From: Lama guanicoe
Lineage: Eukaryota
DNA: 64,000 nt
Reading direction: 5' to 3'
Assembly: GCA_013239625.1 (NCBI GenBank)
Contig: MU053475.1
Location: 24,516-88,515 of the forward strand
Shown: piece after piece, positions 40,119 through 53,199 of the stretch
How the letters are laid out: the number at the start of each line of letters is the position of its first letter
Numbering within the stretch: the stretch's first letter is position 1
Program-made: the position numbers and the translations under genes
The notes under the pieces: generated by a model
What the model saw: the letters and a program-made list of their open reading frames with translations, nothing else
What the model was told of the DNA's origin: nothing
Database searches by the model: none

Positions 40119-40376
40119 TTATGTGGCTAGTTGAGGGCTTTCTATTAGAGACATGTTTAAATTTGTAGAAATTAAAAATGCACATTCTCCACTAGTGTCA
40201 GCCAGAAAAACAGAATTATTATTATCCACATTACACCCTGCTTTAAAATGTTTCTTTTTGGAATCTACAGCCAATGAAGTTAACAGAGAGGCATTTTTAA
40301 TCTCAACTCTTCTTTTTCTTCTCACTAAAAGCTGGGGACAGACTCGTTTAAAATTTGGATTATGATAGAAGTGCAG
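40119..40376 (-). CDS. HSFY: HSFY copy B coding exon 2 as assembled (85 codons to a premature TAA)
   Basis: AG acceptor at 40378-40377; in frame with exon 1; completes the DBD (FYHNPNFKR...LLVRRKRR). Confidence 0.65.
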   Translation of the reverse strand: MHFYHNPNFKRVCPQLLVRRKRRVEIKNASLLTSLAVDSKKKHFKAGCNVDNNNSVFLADTSGECAFLISTNLNMSLIESPQLAT

Positions 40377-40848
40377 CTACAACCAAAGGAGAAAGATTTT
40401 AGTAATATTTATCCAAAATAGAAGGCTAAAATAAGCCTAACCAATAAAACCTCAGATTTCAGGTTTCCTATGCAATGATAATATCATCAAAATATGAACA
40501 TTACTGATGATATTTTGAAGTTCCTTATTTGGAAAATGCATATTTAAATATTATACTCATGAAATTTTAGGGGTTAGCATTTGCAGTAATGGTGAATGCC
40601 ACTTTTTAAAAGCAGCTTTTCTACCTTTATTTAGATTTCTGGTAAGATTCATAGTTGCAAGCAAAGTTTCTCATAATCTTGACTACTAAAGGCACTGTCC
40701 TCATTTTTCAGAAAAAATAATGGATTTAAACACTAGTAGCTTTATACAATTTTCAAAATCCAGCTTTACATTTATATTACCAAAGATTGATGTATAAAAT
40801 GAAATTTTACTTATAAGTTACCAATTGGTAACAAAAATTTCCGAATAC

Positions 40849-41364
40849 CTTGCTTAAAACAGAGACTTCTTTTGCTTCTGCCAGAAAGTCAGCTAGACCA
40901 GCAGACCTTTGAAAATTCTGCCGCACTTTACTAAACCCATAAAGGTTAAGCTGTCTAACTAAACTTTTCATACTTCCAGTTCCAAATATTCTGAAAGGAG
41001 ACTTTATTTCCAAAACTTCCTTCTTAAAGACATCTTCATCAATCACTATGGAAGTTCTATTATCATCCCACCAAATGGATTTAAATTGGTCATTCCCAGC
41101 CATTTTCCAGTGTTTTTTTTTTGCAAATCTCAGTGAAAGAAAATCATTATCCTCATCTGGTTCAGAGACACCAAGTGCGTAACATGGTGTTTTTATCAAG
41201 GATTCTTCAGACAAAGTCTGAAAAGCATTTTCTTCAATCATAAATCTCAAGTCTAAGTCCCCAGAGAATGATTGATCACACAATAGAGATTTACCAGATA
41301 TTTCTGAACCTGTTGGTCTATATTTAAGAGACACATCCTGAATTTCTGAAGAAATATGTGCCAT
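40849..41364 (-). CDS. HSFY: HSFY copy B coding exon 1 (N-terminus and most of the HSF DNA-binding domain)
   Basis: ORF 40807..41364; phase-0 GT donor at 40848-40847 after ...EVSVLSK. Confidence 0.8.
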
Positions 41365-41494
41365 TTCAAATAACTTTTTCTACAGCTTCTTTCCTAATCT
41401 GCATGTTTTTGAGCACTGCAGCTTCAAATACTGCTTTAGCAGGCCTGCACAGATAAACTGCTAATCTATAACAATGATTCTCAACCTTAGTTGA

Positions 41495-41528
41495 TGTGAC
41501 ATCACAAAACGAGTTGTCTCCTAGCAAC
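41495..41528. promoter_or_regulatory. Putative HSFY promoter, copy B: CRE-like palindrome plus RFX X-box
   Basis: TGTGACATCACA at 41495-41506, 131 bp upstream of the ATG; GTCTCCTAGCAAC at 41516-41528. Confidence 0.55.
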
Positions 41529-44019
41529 TCAAGTGTAACATTCAGCCAGTGTTTATTTCTCGTTCATCCAGTTAATATGAAACATATAGGATGCTTATTT
41601 TTATAGTGTGATATGCAATTATCCACACAATATCTTTTTAAATAATTTAATTTTGGGGTCTATGAAATAAAACCAATCTCCATACTTTTGTACACAAATT
41701 TATATCAGATCCGTGAACAGAGTATAAATAATGCACAAAATATATAAAATAATTTTAAAGTTATGGAATTTAAAGTGAAATTTGTGTAAAACCTGTACAG
41801 AAAATGTAAAACTATTTCATCATCATTTGTAATTAAAGTGAAACAAAATTTGATTTGGAAATGGAAGTAGGTATTTATCTGTGTACTTTACAATAAGTAA
41901 CTCTATATTCAAAACATGAGAAGAATAAATATCAGGTTATTTGGTATGTTTATAAATAAATGTTAAATATTTATGAAATAAAATTAGATTAAAATAATCA
42001 ATCAAATGTAAGAAATCCTAAACGGGTCGATTTTTGTTTTAAATTATACTTCAGTGCTATTAGTAATAAATGTAATTTAATATTCTACTTTAAATTTACA
42101 GAAGAGCCAACCTTATTGTATATTTACAAATGTTTATTTTTTGCCATTCTTTCACTCAGAGGTTTCTCAGTCCCTAGAAGTAAAGAATTTTCTTGTCATC
42201 TTTATAATTCATTCTCTTGTGGCTTCTGTTAAGTGTTTCAAAATGATGTTGATAAATAACAGTTATGGACAAGGTCCTGGGTTCTATCAGCAGTGACTCC
42301 ATGAAAGGGCAAACAAAGAATCATAAAACAAAGAATTAACAGTATATGTTGGTTGAGGTGGAAAAGACCAGGTAATGCATTTTAGCAAGCAATATGTTTC
42401 CCAGTTCTGAAACAGTTGTCATTGTAAGTATAATACAGCAATTTAGGGGAAGTGCTTTGTGTAATAATTGTAAATAATAGCTATGTTCTATATCAGTAAA
42501 CTGTAGTGAATCCAATTCTATGAAAAGTTATATTCTTTATTTAGAAATAAATTCCATTAATTATAAGCCAAATTCATAATGAGTGATAAAATTTTTAAAT
42601 AAATAAATGTACACTCAAACTACAATGTGAAATTTTCCTTCACTATCTGTAAATTCCATTCTAAATAAATAATAGCAACCAGAATACATGGCATATTATA
42701 AGTATTATTAAGTATAGTTAAGTTAGATTTAGTCCTCTTTCATAACTATTATTTAACATACACAAATGAATATATGTGACACCACCCTTAAAAAAGAAAG
42801 AATTAAAAAATAACAATCTCAATAAATGTAGGAAAGTTATTGACAGATCAGTTATTAATTTTTTATAAAAATATTCTTGGCAAATTCACCATAGATACAA
42901 TGTAACTAAACATAATAAAAGCCTTTTATGAAAAACCCATGACTAAAATCAAGTTCAATGTTAACATACAGGAAGCTTTTCTACTGGTCTAGTGATAAGA
43001 AAATGTAGCTCATTTTGACAAGTCCTAAATTACACTACTAAAAGTCCTAGTCAGAAAAACTAGTCAAAAAAAATATAAAAGGCATCCAACTTGTAAAAAA
43101 GCAGTAAAGTTTTTACAGATGACATAATTCTGCATAGATAGAAAACTCCATAGACTCCTCCAATGACTGTTAGAACCAATGAACAGACATAGTAAACTTG
43201 CAGAATGCAAAATCAATATACATATGTATGTTGCATTTTTATATAGTAACAACAAATTATCAGAAAGATTAATTAGGAAAACAATTGTGTGTGAATTTAT
43301 ACCAAAAAGAATAAAATAGGAATAAATTTGTTAAGTGAAATAAAAGAACTAAACATAGATCTATAAATTACAGGGGCAAGAAATATAAGTAAACAAAATA
43401 AATAGAAAGATATTCTGTGCTCATGGACTGTATACAATGTGAGGAAATATTCTAATCAGTTTTTACATGTTCAATCTCCCCAGCACTAATTATTGAGGAG
43501 AATGTCTTTTCTTCATTTTATATGCTTGCTTCCATTTTCATGGGTTAATTGATCATAGGTGTGAGGGATTATATCTGGTTGCTCTATACTCTTCTATAGA
43601 TTGGTGTCTGTTTCTGAGCTAGTATCATGTTGTTTTAATTACTAAAGCATTGTAAGACTGTTTAACATCAGAGATCTTTGGTCCATTAGTTTTAATACTC
43701 TTTTTCAAGGTTATTTTGGCAACTCATGTTCTTAGTGGTTACATATAAATTTTGAAATTATTTATTCTACTTAATGGAAAAATCTAATAGGTATTTTGAC
43801 ATGAATCACACTAAATGTAGATTCCTTTGGTTAGTATGGTTGCTTCAACCACATTGTTTCACAACATTAACATAAGAGATCTTTTCATTCCTTTGGATCA
43901 GTTTTAATTTCCTTCCTCAATATTTTCTTTTTTTTAACGTATAGGTTTTCACCTTATTTGTTAACTTCATTTCTAGTTGTTCTTAACATATATATAATTA
44001 TATACATAATATTTTTAAA

Positions 44020-47000
44020 CTCGTTTCCTACACAAATACAGCAGGCAGAATGCAGTGGCAAGACATATTCAAAGTCCTGAATGAAAGAAAATTGTAATCT
44101 AAGATACTTTATCAAGCAAGGCGATCTTTTAGAATAGAAGGAGAGATAAATAACTTCCACAAAAGGAAATACTAAAAGAATTTAGAAAGAGAAAAAGAAA
44201 TAATGAAAGATCTACTCTAATTTAAAAGGAAGCAGGATGCCATAGAAAAGAGAAAAGTATAATTAGAAAGGCAATAGCTAAAATGACTTACAACAGAATA
44301 AATATGATGTTGTAAAACAGGACATCAAAATGTTTAAGGGCCAGAGAGTGAAACAGGACAATACAGAGTATTTTCTCCTTCTTTCTGTTTTCTGTAAAAT
44401 GGGTAAGAGTTTGTATTCTTATCTGTTAAAATAAACAGATATTGTACGGGTCAATATAAATACAAAACAATGTAACTGTAAGTCAAAATCTTACAATGAA
44501 GTCACAAATCCAAAAGGAAACCAAGATAAAAGAAAACTTATCAAGCCACAAAAAGAAAAAGAAATGAACAAAAAGGAAATACCAAATCAACTGGAAAATG
44601 AAGATCAAAATGGAAATAAACACCAGACTATCAATAATTATCAGAAAGGTTAATGGACATTGTGGTTCAATCAAAAGTTATATATTGTCAGGTGGGATAA
44701 TATAACAAGACCCTACATTATGAAGCATAAAAGAGGCCTACTTTAGAAAGAGGAACAGATATCAATTGAAAGTCAGAAGATGGAAGAATATATTCCATGC
44801 AAATGCACATAACAAGAAAGCAGGACTAGTAGTACTGACTTCACACAAAAGAGACTTTACAAGAAAGGACATAGACAAAGATAAACAAGGACATGATATA
44901 ATGATTAAAGGAGCAATACTAAATGAGGGTATTATACTCATTAAGACATAGACAAAGATAAACAAGGACATGATATACTGATTAAAGGAGCAATAATAAA
45001 TGAGGGTATTATACTCATTAAGATATATGCACTCAATATAGGAGCACCTAAATACATTAAGGAAATACTAATAGATAATAAGAGAGAAATCACTGGGAAC
45101 ACAATCACAGTAGGAGATTTTAACACCACATTACCATCACTGGACTGGTCTTTCACACAGAAAATTAATAAGGGAACAAAGACACTAATAGACATGATTA
45201 AATAATTGGAGTTGGTTGATACATTCAAAGCAGTACTTCTACCCAAAACAGAATATACATTCTTTTCCAGTGCATATGGTACATTTTCTAGGAAAGATTA
45301 TGAACTCAGGCACTGAAGAAGCTTCAAGAAATTTAAGAAGATAAAAATTATTTCAAGAATCTTTTCTGTGTATAATACCATGAAACAAGAAATCAATCAC
45401 AGAAAAACAGGGAGAAAAATGTCAGCATCCAGATTAAAAATCTTGGTACTAAAACAAGTGGGGGGGTGATCAAGTAAAAGAAGAAATTATAATATATCTT
45501 AAGAAATATGACAAAACACTATACAAAGTCTAAGGAATACAGTTAAAGCAGACTTTAGAGGGAAGTTCATAGTGACAAGGCCCTCCTCAAAGTAGAAGAA
45601 CAATTTCAAGTAAATAATCTAAAGTTCTATGTAAACTAATCAAGAAAAGATGAGCAAACAAAACCAAAATTCAGCAGAAAGAGGGAAAATTTAAAGAAGA
45701 AAGAAGAAATAATTGAAAAGAGATTAAAAAATAGAAAAAATCAATCAAACTATTTTTGAAATAGTAAACAAAATTGACAAATCTCTGGAAAGACTCACCA
45801 ACAAGAAAAGAGAGAGAACACAAATAATATAAGAAATGAAAATGGAGAAACTACAAAGTGTACAACAAATTTAAAAAATATTATAGGGGAATTACATGAG
45901 CAACTGCATGGATACAAACTGGATATCCAGGAAGTAATGGAGAAGTTTTTGGAAATATTCAGCCCACCAATATTGCATCTAGGAAAAATTAACCATTTGA
46001 AAAGACAGATCACCAGAAATGGAATAGAATTATCAATAAAATAAAAAATCTCTGTAAACAAAATTCAGACCCAAATAGCTTCACTGGGGAATTTGACCAA
46101 ACATGCAAAGAAATATCCATACCAGTCCTCCTCAAACTCTCCCAAAAGATTTATATGTAGAGAATACTCCCAAACTCACACCATAAGGCCAAAATCAACC
46201 TGATAATGAAACCAGACAAAGACACTACCCCAAAAAGAAAACTATAGGCCAATATCATTGATAAACATAGATGTAAATGTGCTTAAGAAACTATTAACAA
46301 ACAGAATCCAACATCACGTAAAAAAAAGATCATGCACCATGGTCAAGTTTGGTTCATCCCAGGAACACAAGGATGGTTTAACATATGCAAATCAATCAAT
46401 TGTGATACACCTTATCAACAAAAGAGAAGACAAAAACGATATGATCATCTCATTAGATGTAGAAAAAGGATTTGATAAAATTTAACACCTATTAGCAATA
46501 AAATTTCTTATCACAGTGGGCATAGAGGGACCATATCTCAACATAATGAAAGCTATTTATGATAAAAAAATATAGCTAGCAAAATACTCAATGGTGAAAA
46601 TCTGAAACCCTTCCCCAAAAAACCTGAGACAAGACAGGATGCCCATTCTCACAATTTCAATACAATATAGTCTTGGAAGTCATAGCCACAATATTCAGTC
46701 AAGGAAAATAAATAAAACTTTCAGACTGGAAATGAAGAGGTAAAATTGTCACGATATGCAGACATGACACTATATACAGAAAAGTGTAAAAGCTTCACAA
46801 AAAATTACTTAGGGTAAAAAAGGAACTGTGCAAGGTACCCAGAGTAATGTATAAAAACCAATTGCATTTTTTACACTACTGTTGAATCAACAGGAAAACA
46901 AAGTATAGAACAACCCCTTTTATAACTGCACCCAAAACTATAAAATATTAAGAATAATTCTGACCAAGTAGGTGAATGACTTATACATGGAGAACAAGAA

Positions 47001-48840
47001 AAGATTGATTGAGGAAATCAAAAAACATTTGAAGAATTGAAAAGATACCCAATCGTCTCATAATGGATGAAATAATATCGTTAAAATGGCAATACTGCCC
47101 AAGGCATTCCACAGACTTAATGTGATTTCCTATCAAATTATGCAAAACATTTCTTTTTAGGACTGAAACAAATGATCCTAAGATTTATATAGAAACAAAA
47201 AAGATCCATAATTTCCAAAACATTACTGAAGACAAATAAAGAGGCTGCAGCAATAACCCGCCTGGCCTCCAAACACTATTGCAGAGCCACAATAATCAAA
47301 ACGACATGATATTGGTACAGAAACAGGCATATTTACCAATGAAACAGAATAGAGAGCCTAGGAATATATCTACAGTCCAATGTACAATTAATATTTTACA
47401 GAGTAACCAAGAATATGACAGAGAAAAGACCATCTCTTCACCAACTGTTGTTGGGAAAACTGGATAGAGGCATCAGAGCAATGGAGTTAGAACACTCCAT
47501 CACTCCATACACAAGAATAAACACAAAATGGCCTGAAGAGTTAAATGTAAAGCAAGACACTGTAAATCTCCTAGAAGAAAACATACACAAAACACTCTGA
47601 GATAAATCTCAGCAATGATCTCTTAGAACAGCATACCCAGGTAATGGATGTAACAGCAAAATTAATAAATTGGACTAATTAAACTTATAAGCTTTTGCAC
47701 AGCAAAGGGAACCATAAACAAACGAAAATTACAACCTACAGGATTAAAGAAAATATTTAGAGGTGATGAAACTGACAGTCTTAATTTCCAAAATATAAAG
47801 ACTTCATACAACCTAATAATAATAAAAAAAATCAAGAAATCCTATCTGAAAATTGGCAGAAGCCCTAAACAAGCAATTCTCCATTTGAGACATACAAATG
47901 CCACATAGAAATATGAAAAAAAAATTGCTCACAGTCATTATCAGAGAAGTGCAATTTAAACCTATAATGAAGTACCACCTCACGATAGTCACAATGGCCA
48001 TCATTCAAAGTCCACAGACAATAAATTCTGGGGAAGCTGTGGAGAAAGTGAACCCTCCTATACTGTTGGTACAAATGTAGTTTGGTGCAGTCATTGTGGA
48101 AAACAGGATGGGGATTCCTCTAAAGAATAAAAATAGACTTAACATAAGATCCAGAAATCCCACTTCTGGGTATATATCAAAGAGAACACTAATTCAAAAG
48201 TCACCTGCACCCCAATGTTCTTAGCAGTGATATATACAACAGCCACGAAATGGAAGCACCCTAATTGTCCATCAACAGATGGCAGTATGCAGAATACATG
48301 CCATATTTACACAATGGAATAATATTCTGACATAAAAAATGATACAGGAATGACATTTGCAACAAAATGGATGTCCCTAAAAAGTATCATTCTGATTGAA
48401 TTATGCCAGAAAGAGAAAGAAAAATAACACGTGACATGACATATGTAGAACCTTAAAAATAAATTTGGATGAGAACACTATGATTTGATCTACAAAACGG
48501 AAACACACTTGCAGATCTACTTAATAATCTTATGGTTTCTACAGAAAGGGGATAGGAGAGGATATATTTGGGAGCTGAAGATTTATAAATGTTATCCATT
48601 ATATATAAAACTAGATTTTTTCAAGACGTCTTTTGTATGACACAAGGCAGTATGTTAAATATCGTGAAGATAATTTTAATAGGAACACAAATATATGCAT
48701 GAAGTGGAACACTGTGCTATACACCACAGATTGACATATTGTAAATGGCAGTATTTCAATAATAAATACATGAATAAATAAGTAAAGAAAGAAAGAAAGA
48801 AAGAAAGAAATAGATAACATTTAATAATAAAAGAAATACG
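44020..48840 (+). mobile_element. 5'-truncated LINE-1, paralog of 9170-14045
   Basis: WKNIFHANAH (44766) and RT fragments at 46258; same junctions as unit A. Confidence 0.9.
48785..48810. repeat. (AAAG)n microsatellite in an L1 tail
   Basis: Read directly; the unit A tail has AAAT/AAAC repeats instead. Confidence 0.85.
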
Positions 48841-49700
48841 AAGATTCACACTACTTAACATTCACCTCAAGAATCTAAGAAAACAAAGAATAAAGAAGAA
48901 AATTGAATGAATGAGAGTAAAGCAAATAACAAGAGAAACAATTGAAAAAATGCAAAAAAATACCTAAGTCTGTTCCTTTTAAACATATAGTGGACAATAG
49001 TTTAGGTTCGCTAAGGAAATAAAGACTGAAATAAAATTAGATATAAAAGGATGCATATTACCACTGATGTTGTAGAGATGCAGAGCATCATAAGAAATTA
49101 CCACTAGCCAACAAATTGAATGACCTAGAACAAAAGACAAATTCCCAGAAACATATGTCTTCCAATACTAAATCAAGAAGAAATTAGAAAGTAAAAAAGT
49201 GCAAAAGTGTGTATGAGTAAATCAGTAATCCAAACCTCACAAACCAAAAAATATTTACAAGAAGGCTTTACCAGTGTATTCTGTCATACATTTGAAGATA
49301 ACTTTTCACCAATTCTTCCCCAAATCTTCCAAGAATTTGAAGGGGGTGAAAGTTTCCAAACTTATTTTATGATGCCAGCTTTATTTGCATAACAATTCTA
49401 GAAAGGACACTATACGCAAAATATAGAATATTATCCCTGATGAATATATGTGCCAAAATTATCAACAAAACACAAGCAAAATGAATTCAACAACACATTA
49501 AATATATCATACACATACATGGGTAAAGAGATTTATCCCTGTGTTTAAGGATACTTCAAAATATTCAAATCAATAAAGGTGACATGCCACACTAATAGAT
49601 TGAGAAGTAAAACTCACATAATCATCTCAATAGGTGCAAAAAGAGCATTGTATATAATGCAACACTCTTTTAAGATACTCCCAACAAATTAAACTAACCC

Positions 49701-50144
49701 TGTCAGTGGCAAGATATCATTTACACACAAACACTGTGTGGAGAGAAGCGAAGAAGTTCCCTGTTTATTTATTCTTAGAAGAAGCATTTATATAGGACAT
49801 GCACAATAACTCACATATCATCTAAGTTATAACAATGTTAATAAAATTAAACTATTTATGTCCCCATACTCCTGCAGTAAACACAGGATACTATATGATA
49901 AAGCATTCTTTTAAAGTTCATCACGGAATTTCATTAAGTAGGCCATCTCTTATCCAGCAGGCTGTGCCTGTCTTAGGTTGTCCTCCTCTGGGGATCTTAC
50001 CCAGCATCGGCTATCCAGCCATCCATACTGGATACATTGAGTAGGCCATTTCTTAACCAGCCTGGATATGTGACATTCCTCACAGCTTGTTTACCAGTTC
50101 AGCCCATGGGCTTATTCTCTAGAGCCTTCAGACAGGGGCCTACA
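49701..50144 (-). mobile_element. Solo ERVK/betaretrovirus-like LTR (444 bp), unit B
   Basis: TGTAGGCCCC...CACTGACA termini, CTATATAAA at 49787-49795, AATAAA near 49764-49773, CTE-like motif at 49961-50019. Confidence 0.75.
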
Positions 50145-53100
50145 AACACAACATCCCTTGACAGAAAAATGGATGAAGAAAATTTGATGTATATATCCAA
50201 TGGAATCAATACTTTGCATTCCTATCAAAAGTGTCCAAGGTGTTCCTTTTTTTTCACAATCTCACCAACATCGATAACTTTTCTTTTTGAAGAGAGCCTT
50301 CTGACAAGTGTGAGGTCTTGTCTCATTTTTGGCTTTTGACTTTCCTAGTAATTAAATCTGTAAACATATTTTCATGTGTCATTTAGCCAAATATGATTTC
50401 TACAGAAAATTGATTCAGATCTATCTATTCAGTTCCTATGGACATTTTTTTTAACTGGATTGTTTGGTCTTTTTTGTTGTTGTGGTGTATGAGTTTGCCA
50501 TATATTTTGGATAATAACACGATTGGAAAATATCTCTTGTAAATATATTCTCCCATTTTGCCGGTTGAATTTTAATTTTATTGATCATTTTTTCTGCAGT
50601 GTAAATGTGTTTAGACTGATACAATCATCTTTTGTTAGATTTGCTTCTGCTTCCCTTGGCAGAGGAGACATATGAAAATCAAATTAAGTCAAGTGTACTT
50701 CTTATATTTTACCCTAGGATTCTTTGTTCTCAGGTTTTAAGTTTTATATATCCAGGAGTGGAATTGCTGGGTGATATGATAGGTCTATATTTATTATTTA
50801 AAGGCACTTCCATACTCCTTCCAAAGTGGTTGCACCAATTTTCATTCCCAACAGCGTTGGAGAATCCCTTTTTCTCTACAACATCCAAAGTCTTTAATAT
50901 TTGTAGACATTTGGATGACAGCCCTTCTCACTATTGTGATGTAAAATATTGTTTAATTTTTGTCTTGCCTTTGTATATTGATTAGCAATGTGAGCAAATT
51001 TTTATGTTCTTGTTTGTCATCTGTGTATCTTCTTTAAAGAATTGTCTTCTGCTTATTTTCTGGCTGAGTTGTTTGTAGATATTTGAATTGGAGTTACATG
51101 AATGATTTGTGTATTTTAGAAAATAGCCTCTTGTAGATTGCATTGATTCCTAATGTTTTCTCCCATTTGGAAGTTCATATTTTCATTCTGTTTATTTTGC
51201 TATGTAGAAGGTTTTAAGTTTAATTAGGACCTATTTGTTTATTTTGCTTTTATTGTTTTCAGCTTGGGAGATTGACATAAGAAAATTTCGCTACAATTTA
51301 TGTCTTGTTTTGCCTATGTTAGATTCCAGGAGTTTTATTGTGTCATGTATTAGATTCAGATATTTAAAACATTTTGAGTATATTTTTGTACAGTGTGANN
51401 NNNNNNNNNNNNNNNNNNNNNNNNNNNNNNNNNNNNNNNNNNNNNNNNNNNNNNNNNNNNNNNNNNNNNNNNNNNNNNNNNNGCATTGTATAGTTTACTT
51501 TGTCATAGTTTAGTTGACCATAAGTGTGATGTTATATTTCTGCCTCTGTGTTCTGTTCCATTGATATCGTTGTTTGTTTGTTTACCAGTATTGTGCTGTT
51601 TTGATTACTGTATTTTTGTAATATAGTCTGGTTTCTGGGAGGGTTATGGTTTATGCCTCCAACTTTGTTCTTTCTGCTCATTGTTTCTTTTGCAGTTCTG
51701 GTTCTTTTGCAGTTCCTTACAAATCTTAGGACTGTTCTTATTTCTGTGGAAATTATCATGTAGTTCAATCTGAATTTTATATCTGTAGACATATTTTGTA
51801 GTATGTATATTTTAACAATATTAATTCCTCTAAACGAAGACCTTGAGATTTCTTTCCATTTCCTTGCATCATCTTCAAATTTCTTTTTCAGTGTCCTATT
51901 GATTTNNNNNNNNNNNNNNNNNNNNNNNNNNNNNNNNNNNNNNNNNNNNNNNNNNNNNNNNNNNNNNNNNNNNNNNNNNNNNNNNNNNNNNNNNNNNNNN
52001 NNNNNNNNNNNNNNNNNNNTGACATGAATCACTTTGCTAAATGTCTTTATTAGTTTTAGTTGTTCTGGTGTGGAGAATCCTTAGGGTTCTCTATATAGAT
52101 TATTATGTCATCTAAATTAAAAGCAGTTTTACTTCATTCAATCCAACTTGAATAAATTTTTTCTACTACGATTGCTGTTGCTGGGACATCCCATATTGTG
52201 TTTAATAGAAATGGTGAGTGTGGGCATCCTTGTCTTATTCCTTAATTTGGTTTTCAGTTATTCACTTTTGCATATTATGTTGTCTGTGGTTCTGTAATTA
52301 ACAACTTTAGTTATGCTGAGATATATTTCCTGAATCCTACTTTGGTAAGAGGTTTCTGTTGTTGTTGTTGCTGTTGTTGTTGTTGTTGCTGCTGTTGTGC
52401 TGTTGTAATGAATAAATGCTGAATATTGTGAAATGCTTTTTATGGGTATTTTGGGATGACCACCTCGTTTTCTCTTTTTCTTTTATAATGTGGTGTATCA
52501 AACTGATTGATTTGTGTATGTTGAACTTCTCTTGTGACCCTGCAATGAATCCAATTTGATTATGGTGTATGATACATTTTAGGTATTGCTGGATTTAGTT
52601 TACTAATAATATTTTGTAGAATATTTGAATCTAAATTAATTAAATATATTGGCTTGAAGTTCTCTTTGCCTGTACTTTGTTGGCTTTGCTATTAGAGTGA
52701 TGAAATCTTCATAGTATTAATTTGGGGGTTTCCCACATCTTCACTATTTTTGAATAGTTTGAAGAGTATAAGTCCTGCTTTGTATTTTTGAACAGTTATC
52801 CAATGGAGCTGTTTAAATCTGCACTAATGTTTAAAAATTTTTTTAAATGCAGATTCTATCTTCTAGTAATCAGTTTGTTCAAATTATTTTTTCTCCTTAT
52901 CTCTTACATTTTCTAGACATTTGTCTATTTCTTCTAATTTGTCCAGTTTATTGCCATGTAAGTGTTGACAAAATGATCCCTTTTTTGGATACCTGAGATA
53001 ATAATTGTTATTTCTCTTTTTTTATTTCTTACTTTATTTCTTTGGAACATCTCTCTTTTCTTCATGATGCACCTGGATATAGGTTATTTGATTTTGCTTA

Positions 53101-53199
53101 TCTTAAAAAAACATAAAACAAAATCTTTGGTTTTACTACTCTTTTTCATAGTTTTTTTTTCTCTAATTTATATTTACACCTGTAATATTTAGGATCATG

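Larger units (their letters stand above)
39685..41364 (-). pseudogene. HSFY: HSFY copy B, near-intact gene with one frameshift (exon 1 41364-40849, intron 40848-40377, exon 2 40376-39685)
   Basis: Open 172-codon exon 1, donor AAG|GTATTC, acceptor TTGTAG|CTG. Exon 2 begins LHFYHNPNFKRVCPQLLVRRKRR. A 1-nt deletion near 40143 relative to copy A gives TAA at 40119-40121. The remaining C-terminus continues in another frame to ...YERHPNYN* at 39685. Confidence 0.9.

Noticed and set aside
40807..40848. C-terminal VFGNFCYQLVTYK of the 185-aa ORF
   Set aside because: Read-through into the intron past the GT donor; it would be real only with intron retention.
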